Shown in pieces: positions 40,698 to 41,802 of a stretch of 41,802 nucleotides of DNA (positions within the stretch are counted from its first letter, which is position 1; each line of letters begins with the position of its first letter). A program made the translations under genes and the position numbers. Origin of the DNA: Spirochaetaceae bacterium (GTDB lineage Bacteria > Spirochaetota > Spirochaetia > DSM-27196 > SLST01); assembly GCA_007694025.1 (NCBI GenBank), contig RECL01000165.1, forward strand, positions 1 to 41,802. The letters run 5' to 3'. The notes beneath the pieces are model-generated. The model had not been told where the DNA came from. It ran no database searches and worked only from the letters and a program-made list of their open reading frames with translations.

Positions 40698-41663
40698 ATG
40701 GGATATCTTTTGTACGGCGGAAGCGAAGAGCGGCTCGGAACCGATCGGTTGGCGGAATTGCGTCGCGTTGCGGCTCCGCTTCAGGTGCTGGTCACCGAAG
40801 ACGAAGCGCTGATGCGCGAGCGCGCTGTCGATATCGACATCGCGGCTGCGCGGATACCGGTGGGTTTTCTTGAGAGCACGCCCGGGATCAAGTGGTACCA
40901 TCACTGGTTTGCCGGGGTCGAGCACCTGGCGCACATCCCGCACTTCCACGACGGATCGACGGTTGTCACCAACGCGTCCGGCGTCCACGCCGAGCCGATG
41001 GCCGAACAGTTCTTCGGCATGCTGCTGAGCTTCGCGCGACGGCTGCACGTGCACTTCCAGAACCAGCCGCGTCACGAGTGGTCCAAGAACAGAATGGACG
41101 ACGTATTCGAGCTCGACGGCATGTCGATGCTTGTAGTCGGAATGGGCGCGGTCGGACGTCGGATCGCCGAGCTTGGCCTGGCGTTTCGGATGCAGGTCGA
41201 GGCGATCCGTCGGACGGCGGTCGACGACATCGTGCCCGTCCACGCGATCGACGCGCTCGGCGATCTGCTGCCGCGCTTCGACGTCGTCGTCTGCATTCTG
41301 CCGCTCACTGCCCAGACGCACCGGATCTTCGGGCGTCGCGAGTTCGATCTCATGAAGCCGACCGCTATCTTCTCCAACTTCGGCCGCGGCAAGCAGGTCG
41401 ACCAGGCGGCGCTCGTCGACGCGCTGTCGGCCGCCGATCCCGCGCGGCGCATCGGCGGCGCGCTGCTCGACGTGACCGACCCCGAACCGCTCCCGAAGGA
41501 CAGTCCGCTGTGGACCGCGCCGAACGCGCTGATCGCTCCGCACGTCGGCGGGTTCACGCCAAGGTACACCGAGCGCGCGTGGCCGACCTTCATCGAAAAC
41601 CTCGGTCGCTACCACCGCGGGGAGCCGATGCTGAATCTGATCGATTTTGAGCTGGGTTACTGA
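40698..41663 (+). CDS. D-isomer-specific 2-hydroxyacid dehydrogenase family protein
   Basis: 321 aa. NAD loop VVGMGAVGRRIA, catalytic-region motifs NFGRGKQVD, LLDVTDPEPLP, APHVGG. TATCAT at 40686-40691, 6 nt before the ATG. Confidence 0.85.
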   Translation: MGYLLYGGSEERLGTDRLAELRRVAAPLQVLVTEDEALMRERAVDIDIAAARIPVGFLESTPGIKWYHHWFAGVEHLAHIPHFHDGSTVVTNASGVHAEPMAEQFFGMLLSFARRLHVHFQNQPRHEWSKNRMDDVFELDGMSMLVVGMGAVGRRIAELGLAFRMQVEAIRRTAVDDIVPVHAIDALGDLLPRFDVVVCILPLTAQTHRIFGRREFDLMKPTAIFSNFGRGKQVDQAALVDALSAADPARRIGGALLDVTDPEPLPKDSPLWTAPNALIAPHVGGFTPRYTERAWPTFIENLGRYHRGEPMLNLIDFELGY

Positions 41664-41802
41664 CCTCCGCTCGCTGACACGGTTCGGTTCTTGAGCAGGG
41701 CAAACGCACATAAGCATGCAGGGTTGAGGGAGCAAGAGCGGGAAAACGGAATTTCTATGCACCTTTCGATGAATTCTTATTCTGACTAGACGTATAAGGA
41801 GT

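Noticed and set aside
41664-41802. Lower-GC 139-nt tail after the last gene (contains GCATGC, short ATG-initiated frames and a terminal TATAAGGAGT)
   Set aside because: No ORF of meaningful length, no RNA-gene-like structure and no repeat were recognised. The terminal AAGGAG probably serves a gene beginning beyond the window edge, which cannot be evaluated.
1-41802. Search for mobile elements, prophage remnants, integrases, tRNA/rRNA genes, CRISPR arrays, reverse transcriptases or known multi-gene defence systems
   Set aside because: None of the translated ORFs shows transposase, integrase, RT or Cas hallmarks. No tRNA-like cloverleaf or rRNA-like segment was recognised in the few intergenic gaps. 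Apart from VapBC, the window looks like core chromosome.

Overview
High-GC (roughly 65%) bacterial chromosomal window, densely coding on both strands with about 40 CDS. I saw no rRNA, tRNA, CRISPR array, transposase, integrase or phage genes.

Gene content, left to right:
- GH38 alpha-mannosidase, MgtC-family protein, Cof-type HAD hydrolase, an unknown protein, M15 peptidase, J-domain protein.
- ABC-F ATPase, then a VapBC toxin-antitoxin pair.
- A 3-gene ABC-2 type transporter operon (ATPase plus two permeases).
- A multi-TM methyl-accepting chemotaxis protein, convergent with a 4-gene signalling operon: two paralogous REC/HD-GYP response regulators, a degenerate sensor kinase and a 7TMR-DISM histidine kinase.
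- An operon of DUF482/FemAB-like transferase, [2Fe-2S]-ASKHA (RACo-like) protein, quinone-oxidoreductase-like MDR and a KamA-family radical SAM aminomutase.
- A divergent orphan class III nucleotide cyclase with an adaptor-like N-terminal domain.
- A tightly overlapped 6-gene operon: P-loop kinase, GH13-like protein, TrmH, Nfo, RlmD-type methyltransferase, DUF1820.
- A CPA2 antiporter coupled to an EIIA(Ntr)/PII-like fusion protein.
- Aldo/keto reductase, PIN-like protein, Hsp33, an RskA-like anti-sigma with a small sigma-like partner, MsrA, a Gfo/Idh/MocA oxidoreductase and a D-2-hydroxyacid dehydrogenase.

Most notable non-obvious signals:
1. A leaderless 24-codon hydrophobic sORF, a hairpin and a very strong intrinsic terminator lie in the 5' leader of the ABC-2 operon. 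This looks like an attenuator.
2. About 18 gene starts have a TAnnnT -10 box 5-9 nt upstream of the start codon, a leaderless-mRNA architecture that also refines several start sites.
3. A perfect 18-nt tandem repeat encodes a REVTA[M/T] hexapeptide array at the C-terminus of the GH13-like protein and overlaps the trmH start.
4. The sensor/REC-HD-GYP module is duplicated, and one kinase is catalytically degenerate.
5. The KamA-family gene sits in an unusual operon context.

All functional calls rest on motif and domain recognition by eye. No database search was run.
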